Of a stretch of DNA of 64,000 nt, positions 10,459 through 18,855 are shown piece by piece (the stretch's first letter is position 1; every line of letters begins with the position of its first letter). The notes under the pieces are model-generated. The model saw only the letters and a program-made list of their open reading frames with translations. It did not search any database and was not told the DNA's origin. The translations under genes and the position numbers were made by a program. The DNA comes from an uncultured Clostridia bacterium (lineage in GTDB: Bacteria > Bacillota > Clostridia > TANB77 > CAG-508). The stretch covers positions 15,952 through 79,951 of the forward strand of contig CALXCM010000001.1 in NCBI GenBank assembly GCA_944386785.1. Reading direction: 5' to 3'.

Positions 10459-11832
10459 TTACATTGCCAAAGTTCCATTTGGTGTATCAGTTATTATTAA
10501 AATATCTTCTTCTCTTCCGTTTTCTGCATTTATATATACTAAAAATTCTCTGTTTTCTACCTTTCCTTTAAATTCATAGCAAAGTATTTCTGTTTGCCAT
10601 TCTGTTGGTATCATAGCCATTCCTTCACTTTTAATTTCTAAATTTTTATTTATTTTTTCTCTTGCTTCATCTTTTGTTATTTTTATATTACTCAAATCTC
10701 TTGTAGTATGATTGTTTAAATATCCTGTAGTTTCTATCCCTAAAACCTCGCCATTATCTAGTGCAACTTTTACTTTTATTAAATCTGCATACATCACTAC
10801 ATCATCTTGCACATATGCATAATTTATTGTCACTATTCCTTCTTGTTTTAGAAAGTAAGTTTCTTTCATATTTGTAAAACCCTTTTGTTCTAGAAACTGT
10901 TTTCCTTTTTCATTTGCTTCTTCTTGCGAAATTGCTTCTACTGTTACATCTCTATTTGAATTCATAGATATTATATGTCCACCTTTTTTAGAAATAGATA
11001 TATTTATTGTTTCAGAATTATTGTTTTTAACAGAAAAATCATAAGATGGAATTGTTGCATTTTCTATATATCCTAAGCTTTCTATTTCTTGTATATTATC
11101 TTTTCCGATAAATTCTTCTACTATTTCTTTTGCTTTTTCTTCTTCAACATCTTCTCCTGTTAAGCCTTTTTTCTCTATTCCTATTAAGTGTTCAGAATAT
11201 GCACCATCATAGATTAGCCCTGAATATTCATGAAAGTTTTCTTCTAAGTTACTAAAACTTTCTTTTGAAATATTGTCTACTTGTTTTGCAAATGCAACTG
11301 TACCTTTTTTAGTTAGTTCTCCCCAACTAAATCTTCCCTCATTTAAGTCTGCAGATAATTGGTTTAATGTGTTTTCTAGCTCTACACTATATCCATGCAA
11401 TTCTTTTAAATTATTTAAGTCTTCTTCTGATAGACTTTCGTTATATATATTTTTTCTAGATAGTGAGTAACTATACTCACTTACTTGATTCAAAAATTTC
11501 TCTGTATTTTCTAATTCGTTACTTTCTATTGGAAGCATACTTAAATAGCTTTGAGCAAGGTTTGCTTCTCTCCATACATTTGTTAAAGTTTCTGCACCAT
11601 GCTCTGGGCTCATTGAAATCAAAGACTTTGCCAAATATACTTCTACATTTTGAACATAATCTACAACTTCAAAAAAAGCCTGGTTATAGCTATTTTCTGA
11701 TGCTTGTCTATATTCTTTTTGTTTAGAATACAGGATAAAAACTAAAACTCCCACAATAATTAATAAAACACATATTACACTTAACATATGTCCTTTTTTT
11801 AATCTGTTTTTCCAATCTACCAATATATTCAT
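10459..11832 (-). CDS. ypeB: YpeB-like germination protein (membrane anchor plus PepSY-like C-terminal repeats)
   Basis: N-terminal TM segment, YpeB-like length and overall layout. ATG at 11832 follows an AGAGGAAA RBS. Confidence 0.55.
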   Translation of the reverse strand: MNILVDWKNRLKKGHMLSVICVLLIIVGVLVFILYSKQKEYRQASENSYNQAFFEVVDYVQNVEVYLAKSLISMSPEHGAETLTNVWREANLAQSYLSMLPIESNELENTEKFLNQVSEYSYSLSRKNIYNESLSEEDLNNLKELHGYSVELENTLNQLSADLNEGRFSWGELTKKGTVAFAKQVDNISKESFSNLEENFHEYSGLIYDGAYSEHLIGIEKKGLTGEDVEEEKAKEIVEEFIGKDNIQEIESLGYIENATIPSYDFSVKNNNSETINISISKKGGHIISMNSNRDVTVEAISQEEANEKGKQFLEQKGFTNMKETYFLKQEGIVTINYAYVQDDVVMYADLIKVKVALDNGEVLGIETTGYLNNHTTRDLSNIKITKDEAREKINKNLEIKSEGMAMIPTEWQTEILCYEFKGKVENREFLVYINAENGREEDILIITDTPNGTLAM

Positions 11833-11950
11833 AATTTTCCTCTTTCTTTTTTTATATATTTTTCCTAAAATGATATAAAAATATTCCATTTTTTGAATTT
11901 TTTTTATTTCTATGCTAAAATAGTGCTATAAGATTTTAAGGAGAGAAACT

Positions 11951-13072
11951 ATGAAAATTTTAATTTTTTATGCTTCATATGGTGGTGGACATTTAAATGC
12001 AGCAAAGTCAATATATGAAGAACTTTCTAAGAAAGAAAAAGAACTTGATATTGAATTAATAGATTGTATGAAATATGTAAATAAAACTATTGAAAAGGTA
12101 ACTACTGCAGCATATAGAGAAATGGCAAAAAAAATGCCTTGGGCTTGGGGAAGGATTTATTCTGATTCGCAAAAAGGTCCTTTAGCCCATATTTCTTCTA
12201 GGTCTAATAAAATAATGGCAATAAAACTTTTAAAATTACTAAGAGAAAAAAATCCTGATTTAATCATTTCAACACATCCTTTTGGTAGCCAAATGTGCAG
12301 CTATTTAAAAAGAAAAGGAAAAATTACAGCTAAAATTGCAACTATTATGACAGATTTTGCACCACATGACCAATGGCTAGTTGAAAATGAAAATACAAAT
12401 TATTTTTTTGTGGCACATGATAAAATGAAAGAATATCTAATTTCTAAAAACATTCCAGAAGAAAAAATATTTGTAACAGGAATTCCTATATCTAATAGAT
12501 TTTTTGAAAAATATGATAGACATGAAATTTTTAAAAAACTAGATTTAGATGATACTAAAAAAACTGTCCTTTTCTTTGGTGGCGGAGAATTTGGACTTGG
12601 TAAAACAAAAACAATCGAAATTTTTGAAAGTTTTATGAAATTAAATAATCCTATACAAGTTGTTGCAATTTCAGGTAAAAATGAAAAAATGAAATTAGGG
12701 TTTGAAGAAATTATGAATAAATATGAAAAACAAAAAACAACTAGAATTTTAGGCTTTACAAACCATGTTCCTGAACTTATGAGTATTTCTAGTTTAGTTG
12801 TAACAAAACCTGGTGGGCTTACTACTTCTGAAAGTTTAGCATCTCACCTTCCTATGCTTATTATAAACCCAATTCCTGGTCAGGAAGAAGAAAATGCAAA
12901 ATTTTTAGAAGAACAAGAAATTGGAATTTGGATTAAAAAGACTGATAATTCTGATATTATTGTAGAAGATTTAATTTCTAATAATGAAAAACTATTAAAA
13001 ATGAAAGAAAATACTTTTAAACTTGCAAAACCTAATTCGACTAAAGATATTTGTAATATATTAATAAATTGA
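11951..13072 (+). CDS. ugtP: MGDG-synthase/UgtP-family diacylglycerol glycosyltransferase (GT28)
   Basis: N-terminus KILIFYASYGGGHLNAAKSI and C-terminus VTKPGGLTTSESL match the UgtP/MGDG synthase pattern. Confidence 0.7.
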   Translation: MKILIFYASYGGGHLNAAKSIYEELSKKEKELDIELIDCMKYVNKTIEKVTTAAYREMAKKMPWAWGRIYSDSQKGPLAHISSRSNKIMAIKLLKLLREKNPDLIISTHPFGSQMCSYLKRKGKITAKIATIMTDFAPHDQWLVENENTNYFFVAHDKMKEYLISKNIPEEKIFVTGIPISNRFFEKYDRHEIFKKLDLDDTKKTVLFFGGGEFGLGKTKTIEIFESFMKLNNPIQVVAISGKNEKMKLGFEEIMNKYEKQKTTRILGFTNHVPELMSISSLVVTKPGGLTTSESLASHLPMLIINPIPGQEEENAKFLEEQEIGIWIKKTDNSDIIVEDLISNNEKLLKMKENTFKLAKPNSTKDICNILIN

Positions 13073-13073
13073 T

Positions 13074-13099
13074 AAAAGCAGGCAATTTAGCCTGCTTTT
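13074..13099. terminator. Bidirectional terminator
   Basis: Stem AAAAGCAGGC/GCCTGCTTTT. Confidence 0.6.
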
Positions 13100-13398
13100 A
13101 TCTGCAACAAAAGCTCTTTGTTTACTACAAAAAATTCTAATTTCGAAACACCTTTTCTTAAATATGCCGGAATAATATATCTTCTTTTTTCATCTGCAGA
13201 TGCAAATCCTATTACTTCACAGTCTTTTATATTATTAATATCTCTTATTAAAAAAACTTTATCTGCCTTGTAATAATATTTGCATATTGCAACTTCTTTA
13301 GAACTTTCTAGTCCAACATAAGTTAAAATTGAAAAAGGTATTGTAATCCGTCCGCTAGAATCAAATATAAGCTCATTGTTCCATGTACTGCCTGACAT
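13087..13398 (-). CDS. Small SpoVT/AbrB-fold (MraZ-like double-repeat) protein
   Basis: Carries DSSGRITIP and a second RRYIIPAYLR element. The Arg of GRITIP is encoded by an in-frame CGG (13348-13350). Confidence 0.45.
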   Translation of the reverse strand: MSGSTWNNELIFDSSGRITIPFSILTYVGLESSKEVAICKYYYKADKVFLIRDINNIKDCEVIGFASADEKRRYIIPAYLRKGVSKLEFFVVNKELLLQIKAG

Positions 13399-13459
13399 AA
13401 TTTAGTCCCCCTTGTTGCTATAGGTTATATTATATCATATTTACATAATTTTTTCAATT

Positions 13460-14059
13460 TTATATTTCTCTTCTACCTTCTAATGCTTTTGTTAGAGTAA
13501 TTTCGTCTGTATATTCTAAATCTCCTCCGACTGGAATACCATGTGCAATTCTTGTAACTTTTATTCCTAATGGTTTTATTAATTTAGATAAATACATTGC
13601 AGTAGCTTCTCCTTCTACTCTTGGGTTTGTTGCAAGGATTACTTCTTTTACAGTCCCATCCATAAGCCTTGATAATAATTCTTTTATTTTTATATCATCT
13701 GGACCTATCCCATTCATAGGTGAAATAGAGCCATGTAGCACATGATATACTCCTTTAAATTCGTGTGTTTTTTCCATAGCTATTATATCTCTTACATCTT
13801 CTACAACACAAATAACTGACTTATCTCTTTTTTGATTAGCACATATTGAGCATGGGTCTGTATCTGATATATTGTAACAAGTGCTACAATATTTTAGGTT
13901 CTTTTTTGCATTAAGAATAGAATTTACAAATTCGTTTGTTTCTTCTTGTGAACTATTTAATATATAAAAAGCTAGTCTTGCTGCAGTTTTATGACCAATA
14001 CTTGGTAATTTTTCAAAACTTTCTATTAACTTTTCAATCGATGGTGAATATAGTGACAT
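13460..14059 (-). CDS. recR: Recombination protein RecR
   Basis: Zinc finger [16 protein letters not shown] and a Toprim domain. Conserved dnaX-ybaB-recR gene order. Confidence 0.95.
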   Translation of the reverse strand: MSLYSPSIEKLIESFEKLPSIGHKTAARLAFYILNSSQEETNEFVNSILNAKKNLKYCSTCYNISDTDPCSICANQKRDKSVICVVEDVRDIIAMEKTHEFKGVYHVLHGSISPMNGIGPDDIKIKELLSRLMDGTVKEVILATNPRVEGEATAMYLSKLIKPLGIKVTRIAHGIPVGGDLEYTDEITLTKALEGRREI

Positions 14060-14067
14060 AGTTCCTC

Positions 14068-14412
14068 CTACAATCCTAAGCCTGGTATATTAAATTTTCC
14101 AAGTTCTCTTGCTTGTTCTGCATCTACTTTTCTTAATGCTTCATTTGCTGCTGTTAAAATTAAATCTTCTAACATTTCAACATCTTCTGGATCTACTACT
14201 TCTTTTTTTATTTTTATTTCTTTAATTAGTTTTTCTCCTGTAACTTTTACATTAACTGCTCCTCCACCTGATGTTCCTTCAAATTCTTTTATTGCTAATT
14301 CTTCTTGTGATTTTTGCATGTCTGCCTGCATTTTTTTGGCTTCTTTCATAAGGTTATTAATATTCATTCCTCCAAAGCCACCCATTCCTGGAAATCCTCC
14401 TCTTTTTGCCAT
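14068..14412 (-). CDS. ybaB: Nucleoid-associated protein YbaB/EbfC
   Basis: 114 aa, [13 protein letters not shown] pattern, positioned between dnaX and recR. Confidence 0.9.
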   Translation of the reverse strand: MAKRGGFPGMGGFGGMNINNLMKEAKKMQADMQKSQEELAIKEFEGTSGGGAVNVKVTGEKLIKEIKIKKEVVDPEDVEMLEDLILTAANEALRKVDAEQARELGKFNIPGLGL

Positions 14413-14430
14413 TTTTATTCCTCCTTTATT

Positions 14431-16065
14431 TTATTCTATAATATTAAACGATATATCTGACCCATTTGTCAAATTTTTTAAATCTTCTTCTCTTGTTAAT
14501 TCATGTTTTTTTTCTGGCGTAATATATTTTATTTGCATTTCTTTGCCACAAGCCATTGAAACTAAAGTTGTTATTTCCCTTATATTTTCTTGTTTTTCTA
14601 ATATTGTTTTTCCAAATGGTGTTAATTGTTTTGGAAATTCTATTCCTATTGTCATATCATTTAGCTCTACTGCTTTTGTATTAATTAGGTTTGTGTATAA
14701 AACTATTTTACCATTTTGTTTTAAATCATTTACAATTTCTGGCCAAAATGCCTCTGCTTTATTTGGATATTTTTTATTTATAGTTTTAGAAACATTAGAA
14801 GTCTTATTAGTAGGTGTTCTATTTATTGTGTTTGTACTACTTACTGGTTTTGCTTCTGATATTTTTTGTTCTTTATATATATTGCTATTATTAGAAACAA
14901 CGGTTCTAGAAGCATTTAGGTTAACACCTGACTTTAAATATTTTTCTATTTTTTCTACTCTTTCTTCTAAGTTTTTCTTTGACTTACTATTTTCGTTACA
15001 TAAATTTATAAGTCCTGCTTCAAAAACTATATTTTTTTGAGTTGACCATTTTATATCATTTTCTAGTTCTGATAAACTATATATTAAATCTATTAGTCTT
15101 TCTTTTTCGACTTTTTTTGATATTTCTTCTATTTTGTCTTTTTCTTCTTCTGAATATAAATTTACTTTTCTAGATGTTTTAAATACTAATATATCTTTTG
15201 TATATTTAATCATTTCCCAAAGGAAATTATTTATGTCTTTTCCTTCTTTAATAACCTCATCTATACTATTTAAAACATCTTCAATATTATATTCTATAAT
15301 TCCATTTATTATTTTATTTACAAATGTAGCTTTTGGAATTCCAACCAAATCTTTTACTTTGTCTACATCTATTTTTTTATCTCCATCTTGCAAACATCTT
15401 TCTAGAATTGACAAAGCATCTCTCATTGCACCTTCTGACAATGATGCTATTGTATTTAATGCTTCTTCTTCTATTTCTATATTACTTTTGTCACAAACTA
15501 TTTTTAACCTTTTTACAATATTTTCTTCTGAAATTCTTTTAAAATCAAATCTTTGGCATCTAGAAAGTATTGTTGCTGGTAATTTTTGAGGTTCTGTTGT
15601 TGCTAAAATAAATTTAACATGTTCTGGTGGTTCTTCTAATGTTTTTAATAATGCATTAAAAGCTCCTGTTGATAACATATGTACCTCATCTATTATATAT
15701 ACTCTATATTTTGCTTTTGTAGGTAAAAAATTTACTTCTTCACGAATACTTCTTATATCTTCAACACTATTGTTTGACGCAGCATCCATTTCAACAATAT
15801 CTGTAAGTGAGCCAGAAATTGCTCCTCTGCAAATTTCACACTCATTACAAGGCTCTCCATCTTTTGGATTTAAACAATTTATTGCTCTTGCTAAAATCTT
15901 TGCTGCAGAAGTTTTTCCTGTTCCTCTTCCACCATTAAATAAGTATGCATGTCCTACTCTTCCTGCAATTATTTGATTTTTTAAAGTTCTTGTTATATGG
16001 TCTTGACCAACTATTTCTGAAAATTCAAGTGGTCTAAATTTTCTATAAAGAGCAATATATTCCAT
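14431..16065 (-). CDS. dnaX: DNA polymerase III subunit tau/gamma
   Basis: LYRKFRPLEFSEIVGQ, GGRGTGKTS, zinc module CNECEIC, IIDEVHML. Confidence 0.95.
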   Translation of the reverse strand: MEYIALYRKFRPLEFSEIVGQDHITRTLKNQIIAGRVGHAYLFNGGRGTGKTSAAKILARAINCLNPKDGEPCNECEICRGAISGSLTDIVEMDAASNNSVEDIRSIREEVNFLPTKAKYRVYIIDEVHMLSTGAFNALLKTLEEPPEHVKFILATTEPQKLPATILSRCQRFDFKRISEENIVKRLKIVCDKSNIEIEEEALNTIASLSEGAMRDALSILERCLQDGDKKIDVDKVKDLVGIPKATFVNKIINGIIEYNIEDVLNSIDEVIKEGKDINNFLWEMIKYTKDILVFKTSRKVNLYSEEEKDKIEEISKKVEKERLIDLIYSLSELENDIKWSTQKNIVFEAGLINLCNENSKSKKNLEERVEKIEKYLKSGVNLNASRTVVSNNSNIYKEQKISEAKPVSSTNTINRTPTNKTSNVSKTINKKYPNKAEAFWPEIVNDLKQNGKIVLYTNLINTKAVELNDMTIGIEFPKQLTPFGKTILEKQENIREITTLVSMACGKEMQIKYITPEKKHELTREEDLKNLTNGSDISFNIIE

Positions 16066-16093
16066 TTTTCCACTTCCTTTAATTTTAAAAAAT

Positions 16094-16224
16094 GGCTGAC
16101 ACTTAATTTCTCTATGGAAAGCATCTCACATAAAGATTACTACTTATTGCTGCTTCCTTCCGGACCTGACAAGATTCATAGGTCTTTATTGAAATACTCT
16201 CCATACAAAAATTAAGCTCACACC
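16094..16224 (-). ncRNA. ffs: Signal recognition particle RNA (small/4.5S-like form)
   Basis: The minus strand contains the SRP domain IV hallmark GUCAGGUCCGGAAGGAAGCAGC. The ends (GGUGUGAGCUUAAUUU / AAAUUAAGUGUCAGCC) can pair. It sits in the classic position upstream of dnaX. Confidence 0.8.
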
Positions 16225-16277
16225 ATTTGTATTATAATCTAAATTCTGTATTTTATCAATACAAAATTTAGATTATT

Positions 16278-17033
16278 TTAATTTTTTATTCTTTTGAATA
16301 CTACATCATCAAGTTCTGTAATTTCTATATATGATGTACCTTTTTCTACAACACCTTCTACTGGCATATTTAAAGATACTTCTGCTTGATATTCTTTTCC
16401 TGACTGTAATACAATTGTTATTCTAAAGTTTAATTTTGCTTTTAAGTCTTCTTCATTTATATTTGCTTTTTTTAATAATTCATTATGATTTATGACTTCT
16501 TCATTTGATGCATATTCTGCTAAATTGTCATTTGCATATCTAAATGCTATTATTCCACCTTGATTTCCTATTTTTTGTCCTTTTAAGTCTGACTCTAAAT
16601 CGCCTATATATTCTATATTTTGTATTTTTTTATTTTCTTCATTTACAAAAACAGTTGCATCTTCACTATCTGCTGGTTTATATATATTTATTGCTCCTTT
16701 TTCTTTTTGCTTTTCTACATTTATATTATCTATTAATATACTTTTTATCACTTCCTGTTTCGAATTATTTTGATTTTTTTCTATATACAAATATATATCA
16801 TTATTTTGACTAACATCAAATGCCCATTTAAATCCTTCTTTTGGCTTGTCTATTCCTTCTTGTGAACTTATTACTGTGATTTTAGTTAATTTAAAAGGCA
16901 TATTTCCTTCGCCTTCTACTTGATATCTTAAAACTACAAAACCTGCTATAAATAAAATCATAACAACTATAAATATTAATAAAGATACATGAAACATTTT
17001 TGTATGTATAAATCTTTTTATTTTTTCTAACAT
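16278..17033 (-). CDS. Hypothetical membrane-anchored protein
   Basis: 251-aa ORF with one N-terminal TM segment and a terminator hairpin downstream (16240-16280). Confidence 0.55.
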   Translation of the reverse strand: MLEKIKRFIHTKMFHVSLLIFIVVMILFIAGFVVLRYQVEGEGNMPFKLTKITVISSQEGIDKPKEGFKWAFDVSQNNDIYLYIEKNQNNSKQEVIKSILIDNINVEKQKEKGAINIYKPADSEDATVFVNEENKKIQNIEYIGDLESDLKGQKIGNQGGIIAFRYANDNLAEYASNEEVINHNELLKKANINEEDLKAKLNFRITIVLQSGKEYQAEVSLNMPVEGVVEKGTSYIEITELDDVVFKRIKN

Positions 17034-17044
17034 AATTCCTCCAA

Positions 17045-17521
17045 TTATTTATTTTTTTCTTCTTTTTTTATTTTTCTTAAATCTTTAAAAAAATCTTTTA
17101 ATATTTTTTCACATTCTTTTTGTAATACATTTCTTTCTATTTCTACTTTATGATTAAATTTATAGTCTGAAAATAAGTCTAAAACAGAACCTGCTGCCCC
17201 TGTTTTTTCATCTAATGTTCCTATATATACTTTTTTTATTCTTGAATTAATTATAGCACCTGCACACATAGGGCATGGCTCTAAAGTGACATACATTTCA
17301 CAATCTGTTAATCTCCAAGCATTTAATTTTTTACTTGCTTTTTTAATTGCAACTATTTCCGCATGCTCAATTGTATCTTTTTTTGTCTCTTTTTGGTTAT
17401 ATCCTCTTGCAATTATTTTGCCATTTCTTACAATTACTGCTCCTACTGGTACTTCTAATTTGTTATATGCCTTTTTTGCTTCTTTTAAGGCTTCTTTCAT
17501 AAATTTTTCTTGTTCTTGCAT
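17045..17521 (-). CDS. tadA: tRNA-specific adenosine deaminase
   Basis: CDA zinc motifs HAEIVAI and TLEPCPMCAGAI. Confidence 0.9.
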   Translation of the reverse strand: MQEQEKFMKEALKEAKKAYNKLEVPVGAVIVRNGKIIARGYNQKETKKDTIEHAEIVAIKKASKKLNAWRLTDCEMYVTLEPCPMCAGAIINSRIKKVYIGTLDEKTGAAGSVLDLFSDYKFNHKVEIERNVLQKECEKILKDFFKDLRKIKKEEKNK

Positions 17522-17534
17522 TTAAATCCTTTCT

Positions 17535-17610
17535 TGGTATGCCCAGAGGGACTCGAACCCCCATCGGCTGCTTAGGAGGCAACTGCTCTATCCTGCTGAG
17601 CTATGGGCAC
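17535..17610 (-). tRNA. tRNA-Arg (anticodon CCU), CCA encoded
   Basis: A 76-nt cloverleaf folded by hand: anticodon stem GTTGC/GCAGC, loop CTCCTAA, T-loop GGTTCGAGTCC. Confidence 0.9.
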
Positions 17611-17671
17611 ATATATTTTTCAATTTTCAGAATTATTATAATACACTTTAAAAAGAAAATCAAATTTAAAA

Positions 17672-17690
17672 GGAGAAGCAATGCTTCTCC
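17672..17690. terminator. Terminator after the orphan ORF
   Basis: Stem GGAGAAGC/GCTTCTCC with T-runs on both strands. Confidence 0.55.
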
Positions 17691-17695
17691 AATTT

Positions 17696-18079
17696 TTATG
17701 CAGGAATTACAAGATACTTTGCCTTACTTGTAGAAAATTTACAGTAAGTGCTAACCTTGTTGCTTGCAAAAATTGCAAGCTTTTCTTCTCCACAAGTGTT
17801 AAGATAATTAATAAGGTTATTCACCTTAATTTCATCATCTAAGCACTGTGCAAAAGCTTCCCAAGGTTTGCCTCCTACTACTCTTAAGTCAAGTGCTCTT
17901 GCGACAGTATCTAATTCGTACTGTGCTTTAGTTACCTCATCTGTGCCTTTGGCTACATGAAGTTTAGATTCCAAAATACTCTCAAGTGGAGTACTTTTAG
18001 AGCAACCTTCAACTTCCTTTTCTAGCTCTTGCAGAGTTAATACTGCAATTCCTGTTACATTTTCGATGTTCTTTTCCAT
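17696..18079 (-). CDS. Hypothetical acidic soluble protein (127 aa), GC-richer than its surroundings
   Basis: AAGGAGG RBS 8 nt before the ATG at 18079. I recognised no domain. My hand count is about 37% GC over 360 nt. Confidence 0.6.
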   Translation of the reverse strand: MEKNIENVTGIAVLTLQELEKEVEGCSKSTPLESILESKLHVAKGTDEVTKAQYELDTVARALDLRVVGGKPWEAFAQCLDDEIKVNNLINYLNTCGEEKLAIFASNKVSTYCKFSTSKAKYLVIPA

Positions 18080-18210
18080 GTTGTCTACCTCCTTATGAAA
18101 ATGTAAATGCACTTTTAGAAGTAATTTAATGCTTCAAAAAAGAAGCATCATGCCTTCTAGACCTAAAAAAGTGCTATATTAATTATACTACTTTTATGTC
18201 AAATTGTAAA

Positions 18211-18250
18211 GTTTGGAAGTTTGGGGGACAGTTCTCTTTTTTCTCAATTT
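18211..18250. repeat. Repeat family copy C (GGGGACAGTTCTC at 18224-18236)
   Basis: Inverted relative to copy B: TGAGAAAAAAGAGAACTGTCCCC against TGAGAGAAAAGAGAACTGTCCCC, 22 of 23 matching. Confidence 0.7.
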
Positions 18251-18278
18251 GCAATTTATAGAAAATTATGCTATGATA

Positions 18279-18307
18279 TTGACACTAAAGAATAATTATT
18301 ATATATA
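18279..18307 (+). promoter_or_regulatory. Sigma-A-like promoter reading into the 3' end of the small minus-strand ORF (candidate antisense RNA)
   Basis: TTGACA (18279-18284), 17 nt, then TATATA. A hairpin AATAAG..CTTATT follows at about 18323-18345. Confidence 0.4.
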
Positions 18308-18436
18308 TTAATTAATAAAAAAGAATAAGAGCCGAAGTCCTTATTCAACTGTTGTCTTTTAGGAGTTTGAGTTTTATCTCTAGTATTGGGATAAAGCTCA
18401 AATTTTCGTTTTACAGATTCGTATTTGAACGAATAT

Positions 18437-18526
18437 TTACTTTTTGAGCAAATATGTACTAAAAAGCACATTTCGTAAAGCGAAAATACCAACACCTATC
18501 AACCATCTAAGAATTAAATCTAGCAT
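18437..18526 (-). CDS. 29-aa hydrophobic peptide, candidate type I toxin
   Basis: My translation gives MLDLILRWLIGVGIFALRNVLFSTYLLKK, preceded by GAAAGGAGG. It is one TM helix plus a KK tail. It falls below the ORF-track cutoff. Confidence 0.35.
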   Translation of the reverse strand: MLDLILRWLIGVGIFALRNVLFSTYLLKK

Positions 18527-18710
18527 GGTGTGATATCCTCCTTTCTTCTTTAGTCGCACCAAACAATCAGTGAAAGTTAGGTGCATAAACTAATATTTAA
18601 AGTCAATATGAAAAAGCTTCAATTTCGACAAAAAGAGTACATAAAAATTTTACGAGACTATTTACTTTTGAGCCTGTCTAGTTTAAAATATATGTCAGAA
18701 GAAGATGATT

Positions 18711-18760
18711 TTGAAGTTTAGGGGACAGTTCTGTTTTCTTTCAAAACTGTCATTTTTTGT
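18711..18760. repeat. Repeat family copy D (GGGGACAGTTCT at 18721-18732)
   Basis: It shares GAAGTTTRGGGGACAGTTCT with copy C. A local hairpin GACAGTT/AACTGTC is followed by a T-run. Confidence 0.6.
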
Positions 18761-18776
18761 TTTAATCTTTTTTTGT

Positions 18777-18836
18777 CGTTTTCGATAAAATTCGACAAAA
18801 ATGAGAGAAAAGAGAACTGTCCCCTTTTTTCTCAAA
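18777..18836. repeat. Repeat family copy B (GAGAACTGTCCCC at 18812-18824 plus paired TTCGAyA boxes)
   Basis: See copy A. It lies just upstream of the ttcA start. Confidence 0.7.
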
Positions 18837-18855
18837 AAAAGAAGTGAGGTTTTTT

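Larger units (their letters stand above)
18224..18824. mobile_element. Possible MITE-like cassette of about 600 bp bounded by inverted repeat copies C and B
   Basis: Terminal inverted repeats GGGGACAGTTCTC...GAGAACTGTCCCC. It has no transposase and carries only the small ORF. Confidence 0.3.

Noticed and set aside
13348-13350. The idea that CGG is completely unassigned or always triggers a frame shift in this organism
   Set aside because: The in-frame CGG at 13348-13350 encodes the conserved Arg of a GRITIP (AbrB/MraZ-type) motif. Shifting there would truncate the protein after about 8 codons. The CGG at 19690-19692 is a sensible Arg in a signal-peptide n-region. The effect is therefore not universal, if it is biological at all.
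14318-15040. Long plus-strand ORF (240 aa) antisense to dnaX, and similar antisense ORFs (194..805, 8729..9154, 26163..26561, 53429..53914, 55812..56327, 61206..61673, 63085..63426 and others)
   Set aside because: They have Phe/Leu/Ser/Ile-rich low-complexity translations, no RBS and no motifs. They lie fully inside well-supported genes on the other strand. This is the expected shadow-ORF pattern in AT-rich DNA.
15105-15120. An A-AAA-AAA slippery heptamer in dnaX (TCA AAA AAA GTC) as a possible gamma-subunit -1 frameshift or slippage site, as in E. coli and Thermus
   Set aside because: It lies near residue 316, probably still inside clamp-loader domain III. I saw no downstream stimulatory structure. 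Runs of A are expected by chance at this base composition, and Firmicute dnaX genes are not known to make gamma this way.
18271-18495. 74-aa minus-strand ORF from the track
   Set aside because: It has no RBS, and it overlaps, in a different frame, the better-supported 29-codon ORF and its putative 3' UTR and hairpin. It is probably spurious.
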